NCBI GenBank assembly: GCA_002633005.1
Contig: NMRA01000396.1
Coordinates: 117,199 to 181,198 of the forward strand
Source: Phoronis australis
Lineage: Eukaryota > Animalia > Phoronida
DNA: 64,000 nt
Reading direction: 5' to 3'
Positions 37,201 through 50,922 of the stretch are shown one piece after another. The notes under the pieces were generated by a model, which was not told the DNA's origin, did no database searches, and saw only the letters and a program-made list of their open reading frames with translations. The position numbers were made by a program, and so were the translations under genes. Position 1 is the stretch's first letter; each line of letters opens with the position of its first letter.

Positions 37201-39602
37201 TCCACATTGCCTAATTTGTGGACGAGAACGATAAGATAATGTTGTGTGGTTGGTACAGTACGTTAGTTTTATTTGAATAAAATTCGTTATTAGGAACTGT
37301 CCATATAGCTGAGGAATTTCATTGGTCATGTAATGAACATAAGTGTATCAGAAAAATGGCTGAGCATTTACGTATTTGGACAGCAACATGATTAATGTTT
37401 GCTGATGGGTAATTTTTAAAGCCTACGTCATGGCAAAAGATTTGGCATCCATTCACCGTGCTCGCACGGTAAAATGTAGTATTTCATATCCAAGAACCAT
37501 GGTTCGGTCGTGAAATTGCTGAAACTTCGTGAATATGAAAGGAAATTGCGATCCGTGAAACTGGAAAAATTAATTGGTGTCCAGAACCGAGAAATCAATA
37601 ACTTCTCAGTGCGTGAACCGTGACTTGGCCCTTTTGACGTTTCACTGGTACCTCGCTTTCCTTGCCTGCAAAACCCGCCACTGTTTTAAAGTTTTATCCG
37701 GGACATTAATTACAACGAGGCTCACTGCGTCAAAATGCATTAATCTGAACTTATTAAAACAAGGTTTAGACCCAGTTCTCGGTGATGTATCAATATAAAT
37801 ATAATGATGGGAATTAGTGTATATAGTATTGAAGATTTCACTTAGATTGCCAAAGAAGCAAACTAAGAATTGGTACATATATTGCTCAGTGTGTAAGTTA
37901 AAAACTTTACTTAAGAAATGATGTAAAGAATTCCAGAAACGTTTAACACAGAAGCAGCTGTAAAGCACATGCTGAAAAGTCTGGACTTCGCCACAGTAGG
38001 GACATTCGTCTGTTTGTGAAACACCAAATACTTTTAACAATTTTTGTATAAATTCTTTTGTTGATGAAAAATCATTTATTAATAAACATTGTGAAATGAG
38101 GGCTTATAGGTAGATTGAAAGGAGATTATGTATTTCTTTAATTTCAATCTGTGTAATAGTTGAATAAAGTCGCACAATTATCTGGTTTTACAGAAAACAT
38201 GTGAATGAATATGTGTTTAATCCATGAATTGGAACTATTGAACAATAAAAATCTAATGTTATTGCAACTACATGTAACAATCCTTCTATCCGTCACACTC
38301 AGAACTTTCTTCAAGGTCGTTGTAGTGGAAGTATATGGTATTATAGATTGATCCTTCAAGATATATTTTTTGTAAATGCTGTCCCATAATAAGAAGTTTG
38401 TTCTGAGTATCTAAAAATCGTCACAAAATATGAGGCCTGCATTGTACAGCTCTTGGTAAAATAATGATTTACATTTAACAATTAGGTTACAATTGTTCCA
38501 TATCACTTGCTGGCTATTGTTACTTCATTAAATATTTCAGGATTAAGAATATCCAAGGTTGTGAGAACATCTTTGTAAAAAAGGCTGATAATTTCGCATT
38601 TTAGGGTATTCAGTTAAAATTGGATGAAAAAATGAGGACACCACCAATACGACTGAAAAGATGCCTCCGGCATACAATGTATCTTCCAATTTGCCTCATC
38701 CTCTACAGATGTATATTAAAACGCTTGACTCAGTTAAACAATAAGTTTAACTTGATGAGTTCTATGTTAGGATATTTCAAACCACCCTCTTGATATGGCG
38801 AAATTGTCACAGTTTTTTTAATTTTTGGTGGTTTTATTTAACCAAATAAATTATGTGATAAGTTATTTACTTCGTGAATTCTTTTTGGTGATACCCAGAG
38901 TTGACACTACATGAATGAGTGAGACAAACCAAAAGTTTTCGTAATAAGGATTCTGCCTTTTATGGACACATTTCGTGTTTTCAAAATATTAAACTGGTCT
39001 TTAAGCTTTTGATTTTTTCATTAAAATTGAATTTTCCCCTTTTCCGCCAAAGAATATTTCTAGACTTTTAATGGGCTTTTGGGGGCAGCTGATTCCATAA
39101 AGTGAGTTACGATTTCGGTGCAGTGTTGAGGCAAACATCCCTTGGCATTTTTCATAATTCAAGTCGAGTCCAGATAATGTTTCAAAATAATCTAAAAATC
39201 TAAAACAGTTATCCCCAGATTCTATGCCTTTAATGAAAAGAACTGTATCATATGCATACCGTGCAATTTTAATTACGTGATTGGTTATTGTGGGGCCTCT
39301 AATTAATTCATTTTCTCTTATATGAAGTGACAAAATTTCTGCACACAAGACGAACAACGGATCTGTAAGTGGGTCTCTTTGTCGGAGTCTTATCTCTATG
39401 TTAAAATACTGTGATGTAAATCCGTTGATCAACACAGATGACAAAATTACAGAACGCAATGTACGGATTCTGTTGATTAAAACGTCACCAAAATTAAAAG
39501 CTTTTAAGGAGTGAAATAAAAACTCTCACTTTATAGTATCGTAAGCTTTCTTGAAATTGAGGAATACAATGTGACCGGGAGTGTTGTTTTCTTTATAAAA
39601 TC

Positions 39603-40580
39603 CATAGGCGGATTTAGGGGGGGCAGGGGGCCCGCCCCCCCCCCCTTGGCTGCCGCAAAAAAATAAAACAGTAAGAGCGTAGGGAAATGGTGAAATTATT
39701 AATTAACCCCGGTAATTAAAATTATACGGATGAAAAAAGATTTAAATGTGTGCAGTTTTAGTGTTGGGGGGGGGGGCTCAAATCCAATTTCAAGTGTCAA
39801 ATTCGGAACACGGCGCGTTCGTAACGGAACTACAGTATGGCTAAGTATAGAATTTCCCGCGATATCCTAGACGACCGGCAGCGGCGCTGTGCACTACGAT
39901 TCCGTTTCCGTCGTCTGCTCCACTGTGCAATGAAGAAAATTTACTTCATTTTTTAAAGAAAATGGAGCCTGAGTGATGATGAAAAAACAGAAGCTGCTGG
40001 TAAGATGTGAATTTTAATCGAAGCCTTAGTGAATCACTCAGAAACTCGCAACACTCTCTTTGTCAAACCTTATCTTAAGACGGTTTCCAAAGCAATCCCG
40101 TCATTATTGCCAACACGAATTTGGTCTTTTGGGCATTTGAAGACTATTTCAAATACGACAAATTTGTTAAGAATTGATGGCACAAAATATAAAACGTGTA
40201 ATAAGCATTACAAAAAGAAGTAGGTTTCGCGCGCAATCGCTGTGGCCCATACGTCATGTAAATAAGTAAGTCTTTTAGTATGACAATTGTAGTTAAATCG
40301 TGGTGGTGTAGTGGTAACGCACGTGTGCTCTAAGCGCCAGGTCGTGATTTCGAGTCTTTTTTCCTGTTTGACACGTTCTCCGTGTTTTTTTTTTTTTGCC
40401 TTGTTTTCTTGGATAATACTTCAGGAATCAAGGAAAATGCTTGATTTTTAGAGGTAAAAACAGAAAAATTTCCCCCCATTCGTTGCTATGCGCATCTACA
40501 ATCGTGGTTCAGTTTGCGCAAATGCTTCCAGCCGGACAAAATGTTGGGCCCCCCCTTGTGATATCCTAGATCCGCCACTG
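39603..40580 (+). mobile_element. hAT5-type MITE inserted in the L1 RT, with a 5-bp TSD
   Basis: CATAGGCGGATTTAGG...CTAGATCCGCCACTG with TSD AAATC at 39598-39602 and 40581-40585. Removing it restores the RT frame. Confidence 0.85.
40300..40362 (+). promoter_or_regulatory. tRNA-derived Pol III A/B-box module inside the MITE
   Basis: A-box TGGTGTAGTGG at 40304-40314, B-box-like GATTTCGAGTC at 40346-40356, then a T-run. Confidence 0.5.
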
Positions 40581-43500
40581 AAATCTAATGATATCGTCAA
40601 TTACACGTATATTCTGGCCTATTTAGCGTTTTGGCCGGATGTTTGATCTGGGTAAATTAAATTGTTTATATATTTGCATATTTTGTTTGGGATTGTTTTA
40701 GTTACTAATTTATAGTCACAGTTCGAAAGAAAGTTAGGTCTCCAATTGTCTAAAGATAGAATTCCTCGGACTGTTTACTTTTTGGAATTAACGTGATTAC
40801 TTCTTGCTTTTGAGAATTGGACATGTGACCCTTTCCAAAGCTATATGGGACGCTCTCCAATAAATCTTCCTTAATTTTCTTCCAAAAGGTTTTATAGAAT
40901 TCATTAGGTAATCATTAACAGGCGTCTTGTTAGGTTTTGTCTCTAACAGAGATTCGTACAAATCCTCTTCTGATAGATTTTTTGTAAATCGTTTTATGTA
41001 TTGGTAAATTAAAAAGGTCGATTGGATATGTTCTTTCTCCATTGCATTCCTAAATGTAGGAATTAAGCTTCCTGTATTAGTTCACTTGCATATTCCGTAT
41101 GCTTGCTGCATCATCTATAATTTTAGCACCATCTTTAAGGGCGTTAGTATGTTATTTTGCTTGTTGTGGCGTAACTCTGTGCTTTTAAAATACTTCCCAT
41201 TCTCGCCTTGTTCTACCCATTGTGCTTTACTATGCAGAATCTAGCCCTTAATTTTTTGGGTTTGGATAATTTGCAAATCAATTTTGGCATTTTGTAGATC
41301 TTTTTTTAAATCCTGAAAGGGTCACTCTTTACGTTGGGTGTCAAAGCGTCCATTTTTTCTATTAAAACAATTTCCATTTTAATTAATTCCCACACTAAAT
41401 CTGTCTTCAATATGTCAGTATGGAGTACTATAGTTATTTTGTTTATATAATTGGTATAGTTTAAATAACAAGTGTTAAATTTCCAAAGATCACGACCTCT
41501 CTTCGCATTTTCGGATATTTCAAAATGTAAATTGATGGCAGAGTGGTCTGAAAACACTAAGTCGTCAATAATGGCAACGTCTTTGACTGCTACTTCTTTG
41601 GAAATTAGCCACTTGTCACGTCTACTTTGGCAGGACATATTCTTATCAATCCAAGTGTACTTCCTCACACCTGGGTTATTTTTACGCCATACGTCGTACA
41701 ACTTGAAATTAGATTAAAAAATGACGTTCTGTATTAAAGGACTTTTTGTGAAATACACTAATTTCCTTTCTTAACTAAGTCTGTTTGGGAGCGCAGTTAA
41801 AATCACCAGCACATGTATACGTTGGTTGCTTACAATTTTATGAAGTTCTAAATTAATGAAATCCAGAAATTTGAGTTCTTTCCTGGATTCATTTGGAAAG
41901 CGCAGATTGAGTAAACTGAAATCTTGTTCTGCAATTTTGCAGTTGAGAAAATTGTATCTTGCGCAAGTATCGTTCTGGACTAAAGAAGATTCAACATCCA
42001 AACGTGAATGAATTATAATGTCAGTGCCTTTACTATGGTTATTGCCATGACTCGAAAATACCGGAACACCCCACTGACGTTCCCATTTACCAATGGAGAT
42101 AGGAACGTTGTATGTTTCTTGTAAGTAAACTATACCATAATTCTTTTGTTTCAATCATTTAAATAGTTGAGCTCGTTTATTTTCTGAATTAATGTCTCTG
42201 TCATTTATAGACACGCACTTAATGTTAACAATTTGGGGTTTTACAAGGGTTTCGGACGCATCCCTTAACTAGGGTCATGCTTAACAAGATTAACATAAGA
42301 CTCTTAAAATAGATCCAAGATTTAAAAATCTCTACTCACAGAAAGGCACACAGACGGTAAGGGGGGCGAAGGGATACGGACGAAAAACCTAATCGTACTC
42401 GAAAAGCGATATCACTGGCTATTTCTTGAAATGGAGATACAAAACGTCCAAGTGTCACGAAGAACAACGGATTTAGTATTGAACTTCGTCAAAACATGAA
42501 AATTATTACTTTACAGCAGCAAAAGCAATAGCATATTGCTATTATTCTGCAGTAACACTTAACTTAAATTCCTGCATTAGCAAACAGAAAATACTTAAAA
42601 TAAATTGGAATAATAAAAATGTGAATTTATGTACATTCACGTCACCTCTCCCTAGAGTTAGTAGAACTGAGCCATTGGTAGTCGTGACAACCACAGCGCT
42701 CTCACAAAGCGCAACTTCAGGTCACGTTCTAACGCCAATTTCTGCTTTTAATCACCAGACTTGAGCCAGACCAGATTCGCGTGCGTAGGTATGTCTTATG
42801 GGTAACACACTCAGCTAGGTAATAAGATTATGAAATATATAAAAAGCGTAAATATACCTCCATTGCCACAAGTCGTGAACAAATGCACGCACGGGAGCCC
42901 AAGTAGGGTCATCAGCTCTGTAATGACTATTTTTTCTCATTTTTACAGTCAGCGAATAAAAGGGCAATACTGTTGCGTTTAGGGAAAAGAAGGACACGCG
43001 TTCTGGGGGAAATTTATATCCGGTACAAGATAGCAATTCGTCTCGATGTATTGTACGTCATGCAATTTTACGCATTAGTATACCAGTTGAGCAACTTTAA
43101 ATTGAAAATAAGATCTCACTTCCACTCTGTAATTTCAGCAAATGTGTTTGCGCCTACCATAAAACAAATTACTACCACGTAAAACATTGTGTAAATTAAC
43201 CAAGACGTGAAACTCATATCACGCAAAATTCCCTGCCTTATTTCAGACCGATAATGGGATAATTTACACCTAAATTTCTTAACATAGCTTCATGAAGTTT
43301 CATCTGTCCAAACTAAAAGTAAAATTGGCTTAAGTCTGTAAAGACCGAAAGTCAGCCTCCTACAGGATAGGCTTCAGGCTGAACTTCAGTGGCCGTTTGC
43401 ATGGAACAGTCCCAAATAGGAACTCAACTAAGGTTTCCGAGTCCACTGCGTACATGTATCTCTGGCCTTGTGAAAACATTTTGGTCTTTTCTTGTGCTGC

Positions 43501-45529
43501 TTGAGTCTCATTACTAAGTCATTTTTTTGGTTTTGATATACATGTACACCAAGAATGAACTCTACTCTCAATATTATTGAAAATCATCAGGCATCATTTC
43601 ATGCCTATTGGGATTCGGGCTCTGTTTTTATTTATCTTATTAGAAAATTAGTCAATGAAGACCTTCTAATAAAGATGAAAGAGTAAATCACGACACAATT
43701 CTAGTGATCTTAGTCGAGTCCCTATTTGGGACTGTTTCTTCCAAAGTTGTACTGATCTCAATATCCAAGTTAAACATGCATGCATGTATCATCACTGCAA
43801 AGTGTTGTGAGCCCGAAGTTTTGGTCACAAGTCTGAAGTCACTTATCACGATCGCTCTACCTTATTTCCCAAAATGTAATCATAATAACTTTTCCGGGGT
43901 TCTGTTAAAAGACATCTCACAGTCAAACTTAGAGTACATTCACGTAACCTTTTTACAAGTAGATGAATATGTCACATTGCATTTATGTATTGTGACATGC
44001 CTGTCCTACAAAGCAGAATGAAAACAGCCAGGGAAACTAGGGATCATATACCTATATTCTCAACCAACAAGGATGGCAGGTATACTATATAACCGTTAAT
44101 ACGTCCAGTTGATCTTCGACTATTCGATTATTTTACGGTCAAATGAGTGAGGAAAAACTCCGATATCAGATGAAACCTGTATACAGATTTTACATTCGAA
44201 CACATGTAGCTCGTAATTACCTGCAATGAAAAGTAGTGTTATCTTTGACGATTCACGCTCTTACTACGGACGTTAAAAGTCAGGACAAGACAGACTTTCC
44301 CTGTCGATAGATAACTCTCTCTGTTCAGTCTGTGTTAGAGGTATTACATGCGTTACTCGAATGATTGTTGTGTAATAATAATTTAAACTTCTATTTGAAT
44401 TCAAACCATACTTACTCAATATTCTGCAGACCGGGCAGCAATGGCCTAAGAGGTTGGTAATGGTCCAGTTGAATCGGAACAGTTGATTTTAACTTAGTGT
44501 AAATGATTCTTCAGATTGAATGTCGAGTCAAAGATTGATTCGTTTAATAGTTCAGCAGATGCTTCAGTCATTTGCAGAATAATTGTTTTTATTTCTTTCA
44601 TACTGAACCCGTTTGTTCATAACCCGCAGCGAATCCAGGCGATTATATATCCAGAGAAACTATTATGAACAGGGCAATCATTTCATTAACTTTTACATGT
44701 ATTTATAGAAGTAAATTGACAATGTATGGGTATAGAATACAGCGTACCAAAAAACACAGTAGAGATCAACGCACAGGATGGTTATGACAGAACGAGTACG
44801 TTAGTTGCCAGTGAGTACCAGATGGGTATACTATACCAGATGAGCTTGAGCAAATTGACAAATAAACCGTGAAGAACTATCTAGTGACAGAAACTGACAA
44901 ATGGGCTAACGCATAATATAAAATACATGTACATGGTCCTGTAACAGTCCTGGTGACAGTGAAGGTACTATGTCATTTCGGCATAAAAGGATTTGGGGAA
45001 ATTAAAACCCGATTCAAAGCAAACCAATCAGATAATTAAGTAAATATTTGACTGCTTTATCAGGTGCGCACAAAGATGATCCAATATATCCTAACTCTCA
45101 AACTACCAATGTCACTAACACGCCTGAAGGTCAACAACTTATGCAACACTGGATAACCAACAATAACTTGCAATGACACGTACAGTAAATATATAGACCC
45201 TGTCCCCAACTCACTGGTTTTGTGGTAGAATGCGCTGCTAGAATTGAAACACCAAATGAATATCAGAAGTCGAAGCACAATCACCCCATACCAAACATGC
45301 TTACACGTCTTCTTTTTAATATATTTTCGAACAGAATAAACTGTTTTCTACCCCATAACCCCTTCTAAAAGCATTGTCATTTGTCAGGCGTCTAAATGTA
45401 AGTTTGAATCTCAAATAAAACCATTGGTATAAAAGTACCTTTGTCATGCAATAATTGAAAAACTGTTAATTTCTGTGACTTATTAAAACCATGTCTGTAA
45501 TACCTTTTGTCCATCATGAATGGTGACTG

Positions 45530-46760
45530 CCTCTAAGTTTCGTAACTTCATTTTCGAGAACAGAATCCTCACTTGTTTCATAGACAACATACTCTAGTTC
45601 CTTTCACACTGTATTGGGGTCGTGATCGCCACCTTGATTGAATTTCAAAAGCATCCTCAGCACGGAATTCAACCTCATCCACTAGAATAAGGAAATGATC
45701 ATTGTAACCATCTGACGCATCACAGTTCTTTACTCTTCACGCCATCTGGGCAAACATCGCCACTATCGTCCGTTGTAGAAATACCACTCGTTGTACATGC
45801 TATTTGTGAATTCCTCAATGAAAGCGATCGTCAAAAGTAAATATCGATGCAGTCTGCTCTGGTCCAGTTCAACTGTCCTTAGATATGGCATTGGCATGGA
45901 CAGCTGAATTAGGCTGCTTTTTCGCAACTCATAATTACCAACATCTTCCCACATATCATCAACTTTGTGTTTACCATCAAACGCAACTTTATTAAACAAC
46001 ACACGGTCACCTGGTGCCACGGTTCCACATTTAGTTGGACCTCAAAATTGTCTTTCTGATTTTGACGCGCTTTGCTTTCTTTTTTGATAGCCAAATCGTA
46101 CGCTTCCTGCAAGGTTCTATTCAAGAGCTCCCACGTATTGCGTATGCGTTTGCATCTGCTGGCTGAACTCCAGCTCAAATCCCAAGATGAGGTTCAGGTC
46201 CAAAAATAAAGAGAAATGGTGACCGACTTCTGCGTTCATGTCTGGTACAATTGTAGGCATGGACAAAACCTGCATGAATTTCCAGTCTTTTTTTGATCCG
46301 GATCCAATGTTCCTAGCATCATGAGTACATACATGTACTGTATCTATTAAAACTCTCCCACACCCCTTTGCCCAATGGGTGATAACTGCATGTAGTTCTC
46401 GAAATGGCTACTCATGAGATTTTACATTGCTCGGCGATGAGTTTACTTGGAATCTTAGCCCTTTAATCTCAGTGAAACGTTTTGCAAAACCAAAATCAGG
46501 CACGTTATTTTTAAATCTGTCTTCTCTAGTGATTCTAACAGTGTGATTTTTTGGAATAACTCGTGCCTATCGAATAAAGTGATCTGTTGGCACGAGTACT
46601 TTCCGGAAACCACTTTTCGGTGACTCTAATCCCAAAAAGGACATAAATACTCCAAGGGTTGATTGTTTGCACTACTCACTAATGGTCCTTTATTCGTAAG
46701 TGGTGCCTTCCTCTTCAAACATTGATCGCATCGCTGAATCCAGTTTTCCTTACTATCTTA
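45530..46760 (-). mobile_element. Degenerate Gypsy integrase relic, paralog of 7950-9480
   Basis: LQEAYDLA, PGDRVL..VAFDGKHKVDDMWED and YNCTRHE..SPFLFIFG motifs. Collinear with the first copy. Confidence 0.75.
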
Positions 46761-47009
46761 CCTGGAAAGTAGACAGAGACCACCGTCTCTTTTGGCACCT
46801 CTAGTAGAGAAGGTGGAGTTTCATACGCCAGAAGCTTTTCGGCAAATTATGCCCAGCACTGACTAAACATCAAAGTCACGTTGTTATAAATACCTTTTGC
46901 GCATACAGGGGCACCCTAGGAGGCCGTCGACAAATACTCCCATTACCAAACATTTTCTTTGAGCAGTCCCTCGTTCAATTTACAAAATCAGTAACTCACT
47001 ATTTTTTAC

Positions 47010-47050
47010 TCTGCGCACGCCACGGGACATGATGTCATACATCTGAAAAG
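47010..47050 (-). pseudogene. Second deleted relic of GPCR exon 2
   Basis: 46840-47440 matches 54940-55650. The acceptor ATCTGAAAAGATATT is retained and the exon body is largely deleted. Confidence 0.45.
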
Positions 47051-50000
47051 ATATTCCTGACCAAGCGTTACTTCAATCTCGTATCTGCAGTCCGAACCGC
47101 CTAATTTTTAGACGAAAGCGACGGTAAATGCTGGTGGTACTGATATTTTAATTATACTAATTTTATTCGCAAAATATCCGTCATTCGGAACTCCTGCTTA
47201 GCTGAAATTTTTTACTGATGTTACTTACAACAATGTCCTTCACGTGTTGAGTAAAACTCATTTACTGGTTGAACCTATCGTATTTTCACAGCAGCATGTG
47301 CTCAAAGACATCGCTTACAGAAGATATCATGTTTGCAAGCTGTTGATTTCTAATGCGATATTTTGTCAGTATCCAGCAAACGACCGTGCGCACAGGTGAA
47401 ACTGGTGTATTTGGTATCCGAGCACCGTCATCCAATGGTCAACTTCATCAGTCTCGGAAACACTTTCTGGAGTACTTGCAGATGCTATTGGTAAGAATTG
47501 CTGAACACTTTCAGGTGATCTGATTAATTTACATAGATTATAAGGTCACTATCTCCACAACCATTTTCCGTAAGCCTTTGACAGAAAATTATTTTACCCC
47601 ATCGGTAATGTAATTACCCCAAACACTCACAGAAGACGAGAGGAATAACTGTGCCCTCATGAATTAAAGCGTCCCAAAATAGATGTTTTCAGTTATGGGG
47701 GTCTTAAAGGGTGAACAGTAATGATTGTTTGGATTGCTGCCAAGTAACTTTATCAGTAGATGTTGATCAGTTGGCAGCATTTAGATGTATTTACTGGCGG
47801 GTAGTGATTTCGCAAGTTACAAAGAATTAGACAGCCAGCGTGACAGGTATTTAGATAACGCCTAGACCACAAATGAAACAGATAATAAGTTACGCCTTAC
47901 ATTATCGGCAGGTTTTGGGTGTTTGAGGCCGTACAAATTTCATCCTTCCATATCGGCTTCTTCCTCGGCGAGTGAGGGCTATGGACAGAGGTGAGTTTTC
48001 TAAGCGGTAATTGTATTAGTTTATTCAATCACAATTAAATTTTCAAACCACTTTGGAGTTGAGTATTATATATATTTGTATATATTACCCTAAAAGTCAA
48101 AGACCAGTCGCGAATGACTACCATAATGATGTCTTTAATTGTCGAGTGGTTTGGCAAGAAGGGTCATATCTAATAACTGAAGTTGTAACTGGATTTTTTA
48201 TTTCCGGTAAATGATATTTGAGTCTGTCATGGCTATTTCAAAACTATGAGCTCTTTGTAAAGGCGTGATTCGTCTAGTTTTTGTCCAGTGCCCAACTTGA
48301 GCCTTTGTACCGCCTGGGGGTGTGACCTCAAACTATTGTCCGGGCATCTACATTCCATTTTATACAAATGGTCATTGACGTATATGTGGATAACTTGCCG
48401 GTGATAACGGGATCTGATGAGTGCATGGAAAGAGTAAAGTAAGTTAATAGATGAATTAAACCTAATTCGAAAACTGAACTTTATGAATAGCAAATTGTAA
48501 TTGTTAACTTCAAAGCCATACATAAAATTGTACCATACGTTAACGAAGTCAATCCTGTTGCAAAGATCCAGTGTTTCGAAAATCAATTAATCAATTTTAA
48601 CTAGTTTTGGACCTTCCGCGCATTTAGCAAGTTCCCATTTCCAATGACAGGTTTGATTTTTACGTCTAATGTTCTGAAAATACACAAAGTTAATGTAAAA
48701 AACCTGTCTCCCACTCAATGGCTTTCAAATTTGAAGGACGCTGTACATTGTATTTGATTGCTTGTCTAGCTGCGGTCTGTGCTAATCTTATAATGTATAG
48801 GCCCTTATTGGTTCCTGTCTGAGTGAATGGAGAATTCTATGAGACGTTAAACTCGAAACAGAACGTGAGGATGGCATTCTTTGCTTACTACATATTTCCG
48901 CGTTCCTTGTGTCACACGGATGGCAAAATCGTGGAGACAGCTGACCTCGCAGAAGTGCAGAGATTTAATTAAAAGTTTACCATGGACGGTCGTTAATTTA
49001 TCAGTGAAGCTTTGTAACGGTTTTAGAAAATTTAGCCGTCCAGGAAGTGAGGTAGATTTTTATTGGTGTAAAGAACCTAAATACAAAGACATGAAAGACA
49101 AAAAATGTAAACCTTTCTAACTCTTAACAAACACAAAAACTCACACACACCCACAACCCCCATCATATCCACCCACTTTTAGTAGGATGTTATCAGGAAA
49201 ACGATATGATGAAACAGCGATGGTGTAGTTTAATTCATTACTGACTATTTTCAGAATACCCACAGTAATCAAGTGGTATTAGGTGACGCACACAGAATTT
49301 ACTCATGTTTCGAGTGGAAATTTTTAATATTTCACAAAAAAATGCAAGGAATGGTTTGATTAAAAATCTTAGCAAACAGGAATAACTCACTGTTTGTGGC
49401 TGACACACGAATGTTTGTCCTGAATTAGTTTGCCCAAAATCAAATGGTATCAGGAAAAGGACAGCTTTTATTTTTTTAACGGGGACATAGATTTCTTTCA
49501 AAGACCAATGTCATCCCCGTCGGAGCTTTGAACCCCTCAACGGTAAGTTATTCAGTTTTTATCACTATTTCCTCCCAGTCGTCACATACACCAAATACTT
49601 CGCCTCCTTCCATTTTGCAAACTGGAGCCAGTTTTCCCCCTCTTTGACGACTATTTAACTCCGTTTTGGTCAACTTGTTGACTTCTTCCGGTTACGACAG
49701 TGTCGTACGTAACAAACTATTCAACAAATCGGAATCACAAAATTATCCTGCAATTAACAAAGCACTTTAGATGTGCTTTTCATCTATGATAAACATGGAT
49801 GGATAACAATGTACATAACAGGCAGATATTACCATAACAAAGAAAAACACTGACATGTTCGTATCTCATGGACGTAAAATGCATGCAAACCTCGTGTCTC
49901 AATGTTTATCCTCATCCAATAAGAGCACGTCCACTAACTCGAAGTCAACTTCCAAAAGCCCCAAATCCAACAGATTTATGGTAATAGTGTTGGATACTGC

Positions 50001-50219
50001 GCCACCACCACTTAAAAAGTGCAGCATATCAAACAAGTTCGTGTCCAACGTGTAGCCAAAGCTCTCTAGCAATATAAGAACGGACACTGTAACTTCGGCA
50101 GGCATTTTTGCAGGAAAAATTCATTAATTAAAATCCGCAGGCTTATACAACGCACGCAAAAGTACTTGCTCCATAGTGGAAACTAGCCATGGACTTGTTT
50201 ACTCAATTACATCCTTTGA

Positions 50220-50777
50220 TTACATCTTGGTTGATTCAAAATAAACTCATTGCAGTTGGTAGAAACACTACTCTTAGTCATAGCGCTTTTGCGGCCGTCG
50301 ATGGAGAATGAAGAACGATTAGAATTCCTTTTCCTCGTAAATAACTTCAGATATTTAAAAATATAGCTTCCCTGCACATATAAGCAACGAAAGGGAAAAA
50401 TCCTAGCGCGGAGTTGAAAATGATGAACAGATACCATAACACGTGACCTCCGGTAAGTGCTGCGAGTATCCAAAATCAGTTATCAGAAACATGCGATTAT
50501 TTTCACGGTGGATCTTGATGCTCCTTCTGACTTGGCGCTTGGATCTAATAAGCTGGAGAACAGCGAACATAATGAATGTTACATTAAATGCATATGATAG
50601 TCGCTAACGGCAATGCAAAACCACACACAGTAGCTTCGTGACCGGAAAATCAACACTTTCTCTCATATGCGTATTGGAAAGGTACACCGGAGGAAAACTC
50701 CAAAATAATGCGCGTGACAACTATAAATAAGGGACCCAGTACTGAATACATCACACACCTATAGACAGCGTGTGGAG
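50220..50777 (-). pseudogene. Degenerate GPCR 3' fragment (TM4 to C-terminus)
   Basis: VMYSVLGPLFIVVTRIILEFSSGVPFQYAYERKC* and LFTRKRNSNRSSFSIDGRKSA, with frameshifts, a deletion and its own 3' UTR. Confidence 0.85.
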
Positions 50778-50922
50778 GAGGCGACTGCGCGGCGAGCAAA
50801 CTACATGTAGTAGCAAGAAAAATATCATTAATTAAAATCCGCTTGTTTATGCGGCGCACGCAAAAGTACATGCTCCCTAGTGGAATATAATCATGAACTC
50901 ATATTTTCAAAGAAACCTTGGA

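Larger units (their letters stand above)
37690..42470 (-). mobile_element. Degenerate L1/Tx1-clade LINE ORF2 (APE, RT, CCHC zinc finger), 5'-truncated
   Basis: APE IVYLQET..HGNNHSKG, YDVWRKNNP..YTW..SRRDKWL..SDHSAI..WKFN; RT FLNFKKAYD, LRQRDPL..LFVLCAEIL, YAYDTVLF; CPYCGEVQTFQHVLYSC. Confidence 0.92.

Noticed and set aside
40300-40362. Functional tRNA gene
   Set aside because: No acceptor stem or full cloverleaf, and it lies within a MITE.
48408-48440. CTGATGAGTGCATGGAAAG minimal hammerhead core
   Set aside because: No stem I or III partners were found nearby and stem II does not close.
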